Assembly (NCBI GenBank): GCA_022750435.1
Contig: JAKIVS010000001.1
Coordinates: forward strand, 286,895-350,894
Direction: 5' to 3'
From: Thermoplasmata archaeon
GTDB taxonomy: Archaea > Thermoplasmatota > Thermoplasmata > Lutacidiplasmatales > UBA184
DNA: 64,000 bases
The position numbers were made by a program, and so were the translations under genes. Positions 51,717-61,089 of this stretch are shown in pieces. The notes beneath the pieces are model-generated. The model made no database searches. It saw only the letters and a list, made by a program, of their open reading frames with translations, and was not told the origin of the DNA. Positions within the stretch are counted from its first letter, which is position 1; every line of letters starts with the position of its first letter.

Positions 51717-52304
51717 TCAACCGCGGTGGAGGATGTGGAGCGCGGCGGCCCGGAACGAGGGTGCGACGAAGTCCGGCACGGATTGGCGCTCCCGGAGCTC
51801 GGCGGCGGCCTCCGCCTCATGGCCCGGGGGCGGAACGAGGGCGGTGAGAAGCCCCAGGCGCTCGCCGGCCTCGACGTCCAGGCTCCGGTCGCCCACGATC
51901 GCCGACGCCGCGAACTCGATCCCGAAATCGCGGGCGGCCCGCTCGAACAGCTCCGTCCCGGGTTTCCGGCACCGGCAGTGCGTCTCGGGGGCGTGCGGGC
52001 AGTAGTAGAACCGATCGATGGCCGCTCCGGAGGGCGCGAGCAATCGCTCGATCCGTTCGTGGATGGCCACGACATCGGCGTCGGTGTAGAACCCGCGCTC
52101 GACCCCGGACTGGTTCGTCACGCAGATCACAAGGTAGCCGTGCTCGCGGAGGAGGCGGACCCCCTCCCCCACCCCCCGGAACACCTCGACCCGGGCCGCA
52201 TCGGAGAGGTAGTGGAGGTCGGGGTTGAGCGTCCCGTCCCGGTCGACGAAGACCGCCCGGCGGCCGCCCGGAGCGGCCGGAGCGGGAGCGTCGGTGGACG
52301 TCAC
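51717..52304 (-). CDS. HAD-IIIA phosphatase (GmhB / histidinol-phosphatase-like)
   Basis: VFVDRDGTLN (DxDxT), VTNQSG, the zinc-type motif YYCPHAPE..CRCRKP, and VGDRSLDVEAG. Confidence 0.75.
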   Translation of the reverse strand: MTSTDAPAPAAPGGRRAVFVDRDGTLNPDLHYLSDAARVEVFRGVGEGVRLLREHGYLVICVTNQSGVERGFYTDADVVAIHERIERLLAPSGAAIDRFYYCPHAPETHCRCRKPGTELFERAARDFGIEFAASAIVGDRSLDVEAGERLGLLTALVPPPGHEAEAAAELRERQSVPDFVAPSFRAAALHILHRG

Positions 52305-52369
52305 GGCCAGGGGAAGACACTTCGGCGAAATAAACGTCGGCGGGTGACCTCGGTGGAGAGCGAACCGCG

Positions 52370-53104
52370 TTGGACGATCTCCGGTTCCTCCGGCTCGACC
52401 GGGCGTTCGACCGCGCGTTGGATCGCGCGGCCGTGGCCGCGGGCCCGGTGACCGTGCTCTACAGCGGGGGAGTGGATTCCTCGCTGGTCGCGCAGGGACT
52501 CGCGCTCCGCCGTGCGGTCCAGCTGCGGAGCGTGGGAACCTCCGGCGCGGCGGACCTTCGCGACGCGGAATCCGGCGCGGCGCTTCTGCAGCTTCCCTGG
52601 GGAGGAACGGTCGTCGGCCGGGCCGGGGTGGAGCGGGCGCTCGCCCGTCACGGACTCGCGGGTCGCCGAGAGCCCACCCGGTCGGTTCTCGCCTCCCTCG
52701 CGGTCGCCCTCGAAGCGGCCGGTCCCGGCACAGTGGTGGTCGGAGAGGGCGCCGACGAGCTGTTCGGCGGGTACGGCCACTTCCGGAACCTTCCGGTGGC
52801 CGAGATGGAGGCCCGGAGGCGAGCGGACTGGGCCCGGCTCACGGGGGACGACTGGCCGGCCACGCTCGCGATCGCCGCCTCCGCAGGGTGCGACCTCCGC
52901 GCCCCGTTCCTCAGCCCAGAGTTCGCCCGCGAAGCGCTCTCGATCCCGCTGCGATCCCTGGAAACGTCGGAGCTCACCAAACCTACCCTTCGAGCCTGGG
53001 CGATCCACCGGGGAGTCCCGCCGGAGCTGGCGGCCCGCCCCAAGCGGGCCCTGCAGTTCGGAAGCGGGATTGCGCGGCTGGTTCGAGACGCGACGGAGGG
53101 TTAG
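52370..53104 (+). CDS. Asparagine-synthase-type PP-loop ATP pyrophosphatase domain protein (no glutaminase domain)
   Basis: TTG start. VTVLYSGGVDSSLV (PP-loop) and VVGEGADELFGGYGHF. Confidence 0.7.
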   Translation: MDDLRFLRLDRAFDRALDRAAVAAGPVTVLYSGGVDSSLVAQGLALRRAVQLRSVGTSGAADLRDAESGAALLQLPWGGTVVGRAGVERALARHGLAGRREPTRSVLASLAVALEAAGPGTVVVGEGADELFGGYGHFRNLPVAEMEARRRADWARLTGDDWPATLAIAASAGCDLRAPFLSPEFAREALSIPLRSLETSELTKPTLRAWAIHRGVPPELAARPKRALQFGSGIARLVRDATEG

Positions 53105-54063
53105 CGAGCCGTACGGACCACCCGGGTGCCCGCCTCGCCGCGCAACGCGCGGCGCAGGGACGGGATGTCGGCGATCGTGCCCACATGGCCCCCGTGGTCG
53201 AGGAATCTCAGGACCGCCTCGACCTTCGGACCCATCGAGCCCTCGGCGAACTCGCCGTTCTTCGCATGCTGGGCGAGCTCGTCCGGCGTGACCTCCCCCA
53301 GCCACCGTTCCCAGGTCTTGCCGAAGCCCACGGCCACACCGGGCACGTCGGTGACGATGGCAAGGTCCTCCACCCCCAGGGCTTCCGCAACGACGGCGGC
53401 ACTTCGGTCCTTGTCAATCACAGCCTCCACGCCGTCGAAGCCTCCGGTCCGATTCCGGATCACGGGAACCCCGCCGCCTCCCGCGATCACCGGGACGACC
53501 CGCTCGCCCCACGACCGGCCGAGGAGGCTGCGGACCGCCTCGGCTTCGACCCACCGTGTCGGCTGCGGCGAGGGCACGACGCGGCGCCATCCACCCCGGG
53601 CCCCGTCGTAGACGAGGGTCCATCCCGTGCGCTTCCGCAGGAGGCGGGCCTCTGCGTCCGGGTAGAATCGACCGACGGGCTTCGTGGGCCGCCGGAACGC
53701 CGGGTCGCGCACGGCGACCTCCATCCGGGAGACGAAGACGAGGACCGAGCGAGGAAGGCGGGCGCGCGCGAGGGCCGCCTCGAGCTCCTGGGCGATCAGG
53801 TAGCCGATCTGTCCCTGGCTCTCGGCGCCAAGGGCGTCCAGCGGACGCGGAGGCACCTCGCGCTCGGCGATCTCGTTCTGGCGGAGGAGCTGCCCGACCT
53901 GCGGCCCATTGCCATGGGTCACAGCGAGGGCGCGCCCGTCGCGGACGACCTCGACGAGGGCAGCCGCCGTCGCGCGCATGTGGCGGCGGGCCTCGGCCCA
54001 GTCCCCCGGGCCCCCCGAGCGCTGCAGCGCATTGCCGCCGAGAGCCACGACGACGCCGCGCAT
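53101..54063 (-). CDS. arcC: Carbamate kinase
   Basis: VVALGGNAL, THGNGPQVG, IAGGGGVPV and AVIDKDRSAA. Confidence 0.85.
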   Translation of the reverse strand: MRGVVVALGGNALQRSGGPGDWAEARRHMRATAAALVEVVRDGRALAVTHGNGPQVGQLLRQNEIAEREVPPRPLDALGAESQGQIGYLIAQELEAALARARLPRSVLVFVSRMEVAVRDPAFRRPTKPVGRFYPDAEARLLRKRTGWTLVYDGARGGWRRVVPSPQPTRWVEAEAVRSLLGRSWGERVVPVIAGGGGVPVIRNRTGGFDGVEAVIDKDRSAAVVAEALGVEDLAIVTDVPGVAVGFGKTWERWLGEVTPDELAQHAKNGEFAEGSMGPKVEAVLRFLDHGGHVGTIADIPSLRRALRGEAGTRVVRTAR

Positions 54064-54165
54064 CGTGGCCCGAGTGAGCGCGCGGGCTACATGGTCTCTT
54101 TGCGGGGCCTGTGGCGCCCCAGTTCAGGCCCTATTCCCCGACGAAAAACCGCTCCGGGACGAACG

Positions 54166-54175
54166 CATTAATACC
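54166..54175 (+). promoter_or_regulatory. TATA-like box for leaderless purB
   Basis: CATTAATACC centred about 25 nt upstream of the GTG at 54196. Confidence 0.35.
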
Positions 54176-54195
54176 GCTCGTCGGCTCGCGCCGAC

Positions 54196-55560
54196 GTGAG
54201 CGAATCCTCGGCCTCGGCCATTTGTCCGATCGACTTCCGGTACGGTCGGCCCGAGGTCCGGGCGATCTTCTCGCGCGAGGCCCGGCTCGACCGATGCCTA
54301 CGGGTCGAGGCCGCCCTCGCGAAGGCGCAAGCGAAGGTCGGCGTCGTGCCGCCGGAGGCGGCCCGCGTGATCGACGAGACGGCGCGCTCCGGCGCGGTGA
54401 CGCTCGCCCGAGTCGATGCGCTCGAACGCGAGCTCAAGCACGACATCATGGCCGTCGCCCGCTCGCTCGCCGAGGCGTCGGGGCCCTCCGGTCGGTGGGT
54501 CCACTACGGCGCCACCTCCGGGGACATCACCGACACCGCCCTCGGACTCGAGCTGAAGGAGTCCGCCCACGTCCTGCGTCATGGCCTGACGGACCTCGCC
54601 GAGGCGCTCCTCGACCTCGCCGAGCGCCACGCCGCGACACCCGAGGTGGGCCGGACGCACGGCCAGCACGCCGTGCCGATGAGCTTCGGCTACAAGGCCG
54701 CCGTCGGCGCGGCCGAGGTGATGCGCCACCGGCGCCGCCTCGACGAGATGACGCCGCGGATCGCCGTTGGCAAGATGGCCGGGGCGGTCGGGACCGGCGC
54801 CGGCTTCGGGGTCCATGCGGAGGCGATCGAACGCGAGGTCATGTTCGAGCTCGAGCTGCAGGCGGACGAAGCGCCGACCCAGATCGTGGGCCGCGACCGG
54901 CTCGCGGAGTTCACCTGCCTCCTCGCGATGATCGCGGGAACCGCCGAACGGCTCGCCACCGAGGTGCGGAACCTCCAGCGGACGGAGATCGGCGAAGTCG
55001 CCGAGGCGTTCGACGAGACGAAGCAGGTCGGCAGCTCGACGATGGCGCAGAAGCGGAACCCGATGCTGTCGGAGAACGTCACCAGCCTCGCGCGGTTGGT
55101 GCGGGCGTTCGCCCTTCCGCCCCTGGAGAACATGGTCCTCTGGCACGAGCGCGACCTCGCCAACTCGGCGAACGAGCGCGTGGTCGTGCCGCACTCGGTC
55201 GTCCTCACCGACGACATCGTGACGAAGCTCACCGAGGTGTTCACCCACCTGCGCGTGGACGCCGAGCGGATGCGCGAGCACCTCGACTCCTCGGCGGGAA
55301 TGCCGATGACGGAGAGCGTGATGCTCGCGCTCACGGCGAAGGGTCTACCCCGGGCGGAGGCGCACGAGATGCTCCGTCGGCTCACCCGGGACGTGCCGCC
55401 CGAGGGCCTCGCGGCCCGGGCGAAAGCGGACCCGACGATCGCGAGCCACTTCACCGCCGCCGAGATCGACGAGCTCCTCGACCCCGCATCGTACGTCCGG
55501 GCGGCCGCACGCAAGACCGAGCGGCTCGTCCGCAACCTCCGAGTCGAGGCGGCGTTGTGA
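54196..55560 (+). CDS. purB: Adenylosuccinate lyase
   Basis: Fumarase/lyase-1 family: GATSGDITDTA, GRTHGQHAVPMSFG, and the signature GSSTMAQKRNPMLSEN. Confidence 0.9.
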   Translation: MSESSASAICPIDFRYGRPEVRAIFSREARLDRCLRVEAALAKAQAKVGVVPPEAARVIDETARSGAVTLARVDALERELKHDIMAVARSLAEASGPSGRWVHYGATSGDITDTALGLELKESAHVLRHGLTDLAEALLDLAERHAATPEVGRTHGQHAVPMSFGYKAAVGAAEVMRHRRRLDEMTPRIAVGKMAGAVGTGAGFGVHAEAIEREVMFELELQADEAPTQIVGRDRLAEFTCLLAMIAGTAERLATEVRNLQRTEIGEVAEAFDETKQVGSSTMAQKRNPMLSENVTSLARLVRAFALPPLENMVLWHERDLANSANERVVVPHSVVLTDDIVTKLTEVFTHLRVDAERMREHLDSSAGMPMTESVMLALTAKGLPRAEAHEMLRRLTRDVPPEGLAARAKADPTIASHFTAAEIDELLDPASYVRAAARKTERLVRNLRVEAAL

Positions 55561-55850
55561 ACCGGTCCCGCTGGTCGGCGACCTTCACCGTGCAGCTCGA
55601 CTCCGCCGAGGCCGCTCAACACCTGTTCCGGTCGCTCGGACCCGAAGCGGCGCGCGAGGTCCCGAAGACGAGCGCGACGATTTCGCTCCCGACGCCGACC
55701 TCGCTTTGCCTCGAGGTGCGGGCGTCGGATGCGGGGTCGCTCCGCGCCGCAGCGAACACGTTCCTGGGGTGGGTCGACCTCGCCGGGGCCTCCGAGGCCG
55801 TGGCCCGGGCCGCCGAGCTCCCGCGCGGCCCGAAGCCGTTATCTCGGTAA
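55557..55850 (+). CDS. pcc1: KEOPS subunit Pcc1-like protein
   Basis: GTG 55557 overlaps the purB stop (GTGA). ~97 aa with a beta-beta-beta-alpha pattern: ATFTVQLDSAEAA..LGPE, LCLEVRASDAGSLRAAANTFLGWV. It sits next to pfdB, as in many archaea. Confidence 0.6.
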   Translation: MNRSRWSATFTVQLDSAEAAQHLFRSLGPEAAREVPKTSATISLPTPTSLCLEVRASDAGSLRAAANTFLGWVDLAGASEAVARAAELPRGPKPLSR

Positions 55851-55867
55851 CCCGGCGTCCGACGCTC

Positions 55868-56242
55868 GTGGCCCTACCGGCGAAGCTTCAGAACGACCTG
55901 AAGCAGTTCCAACGCATCCAGCAAGAGCTGTCGAACGTCGCCCAGCAGCGCCTGCAGTTCGACATGAAGTTGCGCGAGGTCGTCCACACCGTCGACGAGC
56001 TCAAGACACTCTCGGAGGAAGCGGCGATCTACCGCCCGATCGGGGGACTCCTCGTGAAGGCGAAGGGGAAGGCCGAGGTGGAGGGCATCCTGACCGAAGA
56101 GAAGGAGACCCTCGAAGTGCGCCTGAAGTCCCTCGAGCGCCAGGAGAGCCATCTGAAGGAGAAGTACACCCAGATGCAGAAGGAGCTCACCGAGGCCCTC
56201 GACAAGGCCGGCGTCGTCGCCGCCGCGGAAGGCAGCGCGTAG
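55868..56242 (+). CDS. pfdB: Prefoldin beta subunit
   Basis: GTG 55868 inside ORF 55706..56242. LQNDLKQFQRIQQEL..., the beta-hairpin AIYRPIGGLLVKA, and a C-terminal coiled coil. Confidence 0.85.
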   Translation: MALPAKLQNDLKQFQRIQQELSNVAQQRLQFDMKLREVVHTVDELKTLSEEAAIYRPIGGLLVKAKGKAEVEGILTEEKETLEVRLKSLERQESHLKEKYTQMQKELTEALDKAGVVAAAEGSA

Positions 56243-56260
56243 CGGCCCCAACGTGCGCCG

Positions 56261-57322
56261 TCAGGCGCTGCGCCGCACCAGTTTGTCGGCGACGTCCTCG
56301 AGCAGGACCCGCCCCGAGGCGTTCAGCGACCGGCTGCGCCGCACCTTGCGAAGCGCGGTCGCCGTGAGCGACGCGATTTGACGTTCGCTGTAGGCGAGGC
56401 TTCCGGAGCTTCGGATGGCATCGCGGGCCCGTTCCAGCTCGGTGGCCGAGGCGTCCGGGTGACCCAGGACCGCCCGGATCGCCGCGCGGTCCGCCTCCGT
56501 CCCGTGGCGCCAGGCGTGGACCACGAGGAGCGTTCGCTTTCCCTCCGGGAGGTCGTTCGCGCTCTTTCCGGAGGCCGAAGCGTCGAACCCGGTCCCGAGC
56601 ACGTCGTCCCGGAGCTGGAAGGCGACCCCGGCGGCGAGGCCGAAGGCGTCGAGGTCCTCGAGGAGGGCGGCGCGACCCCCGCCGAGGATCGCACCGATCC
56701 GCAGCGGCGCGCTGACCGTGTAGACGGCCGACTTCAGCTTGTGGACGAGCAGGACGTCCTCCGGACGGACGTCCGCGACGTCGAGCGCCCCGTTGCGCAC
56801 GTCGAGAAGCTGACCGTAGGCGGTCCAGCGAGTCATGCGGGAGAACTCCTCCAGCGCCGCCAAGCGCCGCAACGCCGGCGCCCGGACCGCGAGGAGCGAC
56901 TCGACCGTGAACGACTCTTCGAGGTCCCCGAGCGTAATGCCGATCCCGATGCCGTAGTCCTCGGGCTTGCCGAGCCCGCCCATCGTCCGATGCTCCTCCG
57001 CGAGGAGTCGGTGCAGGGTCGGCCCACCCCTCCGCGTCTCGGAGTGGTCGATGATGTCGTCGTGGATGAGCATCCAGCTTTGGAAGTGTTCGAGGGCCGC
57101 GGCCGCGGGGACGGCGGCGACCGGGTCGCGGTGGGTGGCGAGGTGGTATCCGGCGAGGACGAGCAGGGCGCGGAACCGCTTCCCGCCCCGGAGGGTGAAC
57201 TCGCGGGATCTCTCGAGGAACGGCCGGAACGGGGGTGGGCTCCGCCGGCGGGCCGCGGCGTACGACTCCGCAATCGCGCGCTCGACCTTGGGCAAGTATT
57301 CGGCGAGCCGAGCGAACTCCAC
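56261..57322 (-). CDS. idsA: Geranylgeranyl diphosphate synthase (trans-polyprenyl synthase)
   Basis: GTG 57320-57322 inside ORF 56261..57508. FARM motif MLIHDDIIDHSETRRG and SARM motif FQLRDDVLG. Confidence 0.85.
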   Translation of the reverse strand: MEFARLAEYLPKVERAIAESYAAARRRSPPPFRPFLERSREFTLRGGKRFRALLVLAGYHLATHRDPVAAVPAAAALEHFQSWMLIHDDIIDHSETRRGGPTLHRLLAEEHRTMGGLGKPEDYGIGIGITLGDLEESFTVESLLAVRAPALRRLAALEEFSRMTRWTAYGQLLDVRNGALDVADVRPEDVLLVHKLKSAVYTVSAPLRIGAILGGGRAALLEDLDAFGLAAGVAFQLRDDVLGTGFDASASGKSANDLPEGKRTLLVVHAWRHGTEADRAAIRAVLGHPDASATELERARDAIRSSGSLAYSERQIASLTATALRKVRRSRSLNASGRVLLEDVADKLVRRSA

Positions 57323-57341
57323 GGCGGTTCGGTTCTCCGAC

Positions 57342-57359
57342 GAATGTACATATTTAACC
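57342..57359. promoter_or_regulatory. Shared AT-rich TATA element for divergent leaderless genes
   Basis: GAATGTACATATTTAACC is the only AT-rich patch in the 59-nt spacer. It is centred about 30 nt from the GTG at 57322 (minus strand) and about 29 nt from the ATG at 57382 (plus strand). Confidence 0.5.
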
Positions 57360-57381
57360 TCGGAGCCGTCATCGGCGGTCG

Positions 57382-58491
57382 ATGGCGCACCCTGGGTTCC
57401 CGGAGTTCGTCGGCCGCCTCGTGGAGGCGATGGGCCAGAGCGTCGCGGCCGTGCGTCCCCGCGAGGAACTCGTGCTGCTCCAAACCTCCGATGGATTCCT
57501 GTACGCATTCGTCGATGACACCACGCGCCTGTCGCTGGATCACGTCCGCCGGCTGTTCGCGGAGGTCCCCGACACCCCGTCGAAGGTCGTCGTGCTCACT
57601 CCCGACCGGCTCCCGCTCGCGCTCGGAACGGAGATCCTGCGCTCGGGAGGAACGCTCGTGGAAGGCGCCCGATTCACGGAGCTCGCCAAGGGTCTCGGCC
57701 TCGGCGAGGAGCTCGGGGAGCCGCCCCGCGGCACCGTCGAACCGCGCCGCGCGCGTCTCCTCCCGTCCGCCCGGCAGCTCGACGAGGTGATCGGCCGCGC
57801 GGAGACTTGGCAGAGCTGGGGCGTCCCGGCGCTGGCGCTGCGATTCTACCGGCACGCGTCGGAGCTCAAGCCCGAATTCCTCCCCGCGAAGCTCGGGGTC
57901 GGACAGACCCTCCTCGCCCTGGGGCTTCCGTTGGAGGCGGACCGGGTGTACGACGAGATTCTCCGCGCCTCTCCCGGCAACGTCGATGCGAGGATCGGGA
58001 AGGCGACCGTCCTGGGCGCGACCGGGAAACCCGAGAAGGAGATCGAGGCATTCCGCGCGCTTCTGGCCGAGAAATCCGCCCGTCCCGAGGTGCGGGCTCA
58101 CCTCCTCGCCGCCCTCCTGGACGCGCACGCATGGACCGAAGCCCGGGCGGAGGTCGAACGAATGCTCGAGGCGATGCCGGACGACCCGCGCCTGCGGTTC
58201 CTGCACGCCGCGACGCTGGAGCGGACGGCCACCGCGACCGAGGCGAACCGGGAGCGGGAGCGTTCCCGGGCGCTCGGACTCCCGTACGAGTCGGAACGCG
58301 CCCTGTGCGAACATCTCGGACTCCCCGTGCCCGCGCCGCCCGCCACCCGCGCCATCGCCGAACTCTCCGCGGCCAAGCCGACGCGCGCCTCGGCCAAGTC
58401 CCAGGCTCGCGCCGGGCCCCCCAAGCGGAAGTCGCCGGCTCCGGAGCCATCGCGAACGAAAGGGAAGGCCGCGCGACGCGCGTCGCGATAG
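57382..58491 (+). CDS. TPR-repeat protein with an unassigned N-terminal domain and a basic tail
   Basis: TPR-like repeats (ALRFYRHASELKPEFLPAKLGVGQTLLALG, ADRVYDEILRASPGNVDARIG). Lys/Arg-rich C-terminus. Confidence 0.6.
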   Translation: MAHPGFPEFVGRLVEAMGQSVAAVRPREELVLLQTSDGFLYAFVDDTTRLSLDHVRRLFAEVPDTPSKVVVLTPDRLPLALGTEILRSGGTLVEGARFTELAKGLGLGEELGEPPRGTVEPRRARLLPSARQLDEVIGRAETWQSWGVPALALRFYRHASELKPEFLPAKLGVGQTLLALGLPLEADRVYDEILRASPGNVDARIGKATVLGATGKPEKEIEAFRALLAEKSARPEVRAHLLAALLDAHAWTEARAEVERMLEAMPDDPRLRFLHAATLERTATATEANRERERSRALGLPYESERALCEHLGLPVPAPPATRAIAELSAAKPTRASAKSQARAGPPKRKSPAPEPSRTKGKAARRASR

Positions 58492-58520
58492 CCCCCCGGT
58501 CCGGAGCCGGAGTCGCCCTC

Positions 58521-59429
58521 GTGCGGATCGTTTCGCTCCTTCCGAGCGCGACCGAGATGGTCGTGGCGCTCGGGCACGGGAAGGAGCTGGTCGGGAGGAG
58601 TGAGGAGTGCGACTGGCCGGAGACCGTCCGCACCCTTCCCGCCGTCATGCGACCGCGTGCCTTGGACGCCGACCGGCCGTCCGCCGAGATCGACGACCGG
58701 GTGCGAACGACCCGGGGTGCGGGGGAGAGCCTCTACGTTCTCGACGTCCCCATGCTCGCGAGGTTGCGACCGGACGTGATCCTCACGCAGGACCTGTGCG
58801 GGGTGTGCTCCGTCACGGAGGCCGAGGTCGAGCGCGCCTGCGCAGCCGCGGGGGTCGCCCCCGACATCGTGAGCCTCACCCCCCGCTCCCTCGCCGACGT
58901 TGGCGCCAACATCCTCGCCGTCGGGAAAGCGATTGGAGCGTCGTCGGCCGCCCGGACCTTGTCGGGGGCGTTGACCGACGGAGCGCGCCAGCCGACCCAG
59001 CGAGGACCGAGAGTGGCGGTGGTCGAATGGCTCGACCCACCGATTCTCGCGGGGCTGTGGACCCCCGAGATGGTGCAACGGGCCGGAGGGAGTCCGATCG
59101 GTCCCGACCCAGGATCCGTCGGACACCGGACCACGTGGTCTGCTATCGCGCAGGAGCGTCCCGAGCTGGTGCTCGTCTCCCCGTGCAGCTTCTCCGTCGC
59201 CCGCACCGCCCGGGAGTTGACCGACTCTCCCATCGGGAGAGCCCTGCTGGAACTCCGGGCACCGAGGGGCGTGTGGTTGGCCGACGAGGCGTACTTCAGC
59301 CGCCCGGGACCGCGGCTTCGGGACGGCATCGACCTCCTGCGGAAGCTGCTGGGCTCGGACCCTCCGGAGGGACCGATGCCGATACAACGGTGGGACCCTC
59401 CCCGTCCCACGCAAGGAGCGGACGCGTGA
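58521..59429 (+). CDS. BtuF/FhuD-type (class III periplasmic-binding-protein fold) cobalamin/siderophore-binding-like protein without a signal peptide
   Basis: GTG 58521 inside ORF 57807..59429. RIVSLLPSATEMVVALGHGKELVGRS and RPDVILTQD. No N-terminal hydrophobic segment. Confidence 0.65.
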   Translation: MRIVSLLPSATEMVVALGHGKELVGRSEECDWPETVRTLPAVMRPRALDADRPSAEIDDRVRTTRGAGESLYVLDVPMLARLRPDVILTQDLCGVCSVTEAEVERACAAAGVAPDIVSLTPRSLADVGANILAVGKAIGASSAARTLSGALTDGARQPTQRGPRVAVVEWLDPPILAGLWTPEMVQRAGGSPIGPDPGSVGHRTTWSAIAQERPELVLVSPCSFSVARTARELTDSPIGRALLELRAPRGVWLADEAYFSRPGPRLRDGIDLLRKLLGSDPPEGPMPIQRWDPPRPTQGADA

Positions 59430-60145
59430 GCAGCTGGACGAGTCCGACGGGGGGCGGCTACTGGGTCGGCGCCCAGCCGATCCCGTCGAGGAAACTCACG
59501 ACCTCCCCGACCGAGATCCTGCACATCGCCATCGCCTTCGTCGTCCTCACGGTCGACATCGCGATCGTCGAATCCGGCCTGGTCGGCTCCGTCCGGTTCG
59601 GGGACTTCAACCCCGGTGCCGTGTTCGCTGGTCTCGCCTTCGGCGCCGCCGCCGCCCTGACGGGATTCCTGGCCCACGAGATGGCCCACAAGGTCACCGC
59701 CCAGCGGCTCGGGTTCTGGGCGGAGTTCCGGATGTCGCCGATCGGCCTCCTCTTCTCGCTCGTGACTGCGATCTACGGATTCCTTCTCGCGGCGCCGGGG
59801 GCGACGGTCGTCGGCGGGATGGGCGGCGTGCGGGACTGGGGGCGCACGAGCCTCGCCGGGCCGGCACTGAACCTCGTGGAGGGCTCGGTGTTTGCGGCGG
59901 CGGGTCTCGCGCTCAACACCCAGTCGGGGTACTCGGGGGGAGTCCTCTTCCTCGTCCTCCTCGCGTTCATCAACGGCTGGTTCGCGACGTTCAACATGAT
60001 CCCGTTCGGCCCGCTCGACGGCCGCAAGGTCCTTCGCTGGGACACGAAGGTCTGGGTGGGATTCTTCGCGCTCGCGGCCGCCTTCACCGCCCTGATGTTC
60101 CTGATCGTCTACTACGGCTGGCCCATCGCCCTCGGAGGAACATGA
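59426..60145 (+). CDS. M50 site-2-protease-family membrane metalloprotease
   Basis: GTG 59426 (GTGA overlap). HEMAHKV (HExxH) in a TM helix and NMIPFGPLDGRKV (NxxPxxxLDG). Confidence 0.8.
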   Translation: MSSWTSPTGGGYWVGAQPIPSRKLTTSPTEILHIAIAFVVLTVDIAIVESGLVGSVRFGDFNPGAVFAGLAFGAAAALTGFLAHEMAHKVTAQRLGFWAEFRMSPIGLLFSLVTAIYGFLLAAPGATVVGGMGGVRDWGRTSLAGPALNLVEGSVFAAAGLALNTQSGYSGGVLFLVLLAFINGWFATFNMIPFGPLDGRKVLRWDTKVWVGFFALAAAFTALMFLIVYYGWPIALGGT

Positions 60146-61083
60146 AGGTCCCCGCCGTCCACGAACTCGGACAGGGCCGCCTCCTCGTGGACGTAGGCTT
60201 CCGTGAGAACGAGGGGTTGATCGCGAGCTTCCTCCTCCCGGGGCCGGACGGCTGGACGATCATCGAGACCGGCCCGACGAGCTGCCTCGAGCGCCTGGTG
60301 GCGGGCGTCCTGCGCGCCGGGGTCGACCCGCGGGAGGTCGTCCGGATCTTCGTCACCCATATCCATCTCGACCACGCCGGAGCGCTCGGGGCCGCCGCGG
60401 AGAAGTTCCCGGAAGCGGAGCTGTTCGCGCACCGCGCGGGCGTCGGTCACCTGGTCGACCCGACGAAGCTCATCGAAAGCGCCCGGCGAGCCTGGGGCGC
60501 CGCCTCCGACGAACTCTGGGGTCCGATCGTCCCGACCCCCGCCCTCCGGCTGGGACCGCTCGACGGCGGCGAAGTGTTCCCCTTGAACGACGGGAACCTC
60601 GAGGTGATCGCGACACCCGGCCACGCGAAGCACCACCTCGCCTTCCTGGACACCGGCCTCTCCGCCGTCTTCACCGGCGACGCGGCCGGGGTCCTGTTGA
60701 CCGATGGGTGGCGGGCGCGACCGGCCGTCCCCCCGCCGGACCTCGACCTCGAGCTCTTGTTCGCGAGCCTGGACCGGATCGCGGCAGCCGAGGCGAAGAC
60801 GCTCCTTCGGACGCACTTCGGGTCGGGGGGAGAGCCGAAGGCGGACCTGGTGGCCTACCGTCGCGCCGTCGAGGAATGGCGGGACGTCGCGCTTGGCGCG
60901 GCCCGCGTCACCCCGGAGATCCCGTACATGGCCCAGGCACTGCGGGAGCACGAGGAGGCCGTGGCGAGAGCCTCCGGGCACGCGCCCACGAGCGAGGACC
61001 GCGGCGCCCTCGTCTCGGGATATGAGATGGCCGCCATGGGCCTCCTCCGGTACTTCCGCACGCACGAGCTCCTGCCGAGGTAA
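60142..61083 (+). CDS. MBL-fold metallo-hydrolase
   Basis: FVTHIHLDHAGALG (HxHxDH) and TPGHAKHH. ATGA overlap with the upstream stop. Confidence 0.85.
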   Translation: MKVPAVHELGQGRLLVDVGFRENEGLIASFLLPGPDGWTIIETGPTSCLERLVAGVLRAGVDPREVVRIFVTHIHLDHAGALGAAAEKFPEAELFAHRAGVGHLVDPTKLIESARRAWGAASDELWGPIVPTPALRLGPLDGGEVFPLNDGNLEVIATPGHAKHHLAFLDTGLSAVFTGDAAGVLLTDGWRARPAVPPPDLDLELLFASLDRIAAAEAKTLLRTHFGSGGEPKADLVAYRRAVEEWRDVALGAARVTPEIPYMAQALREHEEAVARASGHAPTSEDRGALVSGYEMAAMGLLRYFRTHELLPR

Positions 61084-61089
61084 GGACGG

